Source: Geosiphon pyriformis uo1
Taxonomy: Eukaryota > Fungi > Glomeromycota
Reading direction: 5' to 3'
Length of the DNA: 64,000 bases
NCBI GenBank assembly: GCA_016748015.1
Contig: JAAOMT010000603.1
Location: 215,008 to 279,007, forward strand
Shown here: one piece after another, positions 63,333 to 64,000 of the stretch
Layout: the number at the start of each line of letters is the position of its first letter
Numbering within the stretch: the stretch's first letter is position 1
Notes under the pieces: model-generated
What the model was told of the DNA's origin: nothing
The model's input: the letters and a program-made list of their open reading frames with translations, nothing else
The model's database searches: none
Position numbers and translations under genes: made by a program

Positions 63333-64000
63333 ATGGTGGCTTCCACACTTCGGCCAGAAAATGAAGTTTCTAAGAACTCCAGAAAAGGCCCCATTTTACT
63401 TTCTGCAGGAGGCAAACAGAAAAAGGCTCATAAAAATAAAGAAGACAAAAAAGTGACCAAAGGTCAGCTAGGGAATGGCATTAGAAAAATCCGAAGCGAA
63501 CATCCGAAGGGTTCAATTAAGCTACCTGGTGATAAGCTCCCTGTTAAACCTGTAGAACCAACTTCAGAAAAGAGCGCTACTGAAGGAAAGGATGATAAAA
63601 CTTCTAAAAAAGCAAGTAAGAATAAGCAAACAAATCAAATCCTTGAAGGAACCCCAGCTAAAAAACTCAAAGATTCTTACAGCCTTATTAAACCTTTGAA
63701 AGAGCAGGGTAAAAAGAGTAAAGCAAGAGATGTTGAGAGGGAGGACGTCAAAAGTAATAAAAAAGCGAGTAAGGGTATTAAAACAAAACAATTCAATGAA
63801 GAAAGCCTAGATGAACAATCTAAGGATTCTAATAGCCTTTTTGGATCCTCGAGAGAAAAGGACGAAATGAAAATAACGGCTCATGTTGCGCAATGCGATA
63901 GTAAAGCAAAAGAAATCAACTTATTAATGGAAGCCACCAAAGAAACTCAAAGGGAGCAACCGAATGGCACCAAAAAAAGGAAAAGGAAAAAGGAAAAAAT
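63333..64000 (+). CDS. 5' part of a Lys/Glu-rich low-complexity protein, truncated by the window end
   Basis: AAAATGG start and a frame open for more than 220 codons (MVASTLRPENEV...KKRKRKKEK). No recognisable domain. Confidence 0.6.
   Translation, partial: MVASTLRPENEVSKNSRKGPILLSAGGKQKKAHKNKEDKKVTKGQLGNGIRKIRSEHPKGSIKLPGDKLPVKPVEPTSEKSATEGKDDKTSKKASKNKQTNQILEGTPAKKLKDSYSLIKPLKEQGKKSKARDVEREDVKSNKKASKGIKTKQFNEESLDEQSKDSNSLFGSSREKDEMKITAHVAQCDSKAKEINLLMEATKETQREQPNGTKKRKRKKEK

Overview
Intron-rich eukaryotic DNA from a fungus. Gene content (metazoan-like UHRF1, INTS11, SNX9-type nexin, HxDxHxGN TKL kinase) suggests an early-diverging, probably Glomeromycotina lineage; this is inference only. 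Bases 1-13.5 kb hold two tandem, decayed APE-RT-RNase H LINEs on the minus strand. Extremely AT-rich transposon deserts lie at about 13.5-16.2, 36-40, 45.6-47 and 56.2-58.2 kb, near two recognisable DDE transposon relics. Gene islands contain PKA catalytic subunit (with a probable assembly duplicate across an N gap), LSM2, ATG101, NSP1, PRP16, UHRF1-like, an Ig-like/multi-TM membrane protein, an MLKL-like helical-bundle TKL kinase, an SH3-PX-BAR nexin, SEC22, ODC/SPE1, INTS11 and a truncated Lys-rich ORF. The most notable signals are a spliced, ACG-initiated uORF in the AUG-free ODC leader, a C-to-T erosion of repeats that seems to spare only RCCA/TGGY, an MLKL-like kinase with its catalytic Asp on a 12-nt micro-exon, and a UBL-PHD-SRA-RING UHRF1. 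Exon boundaries were read by eye and no database searches were run.
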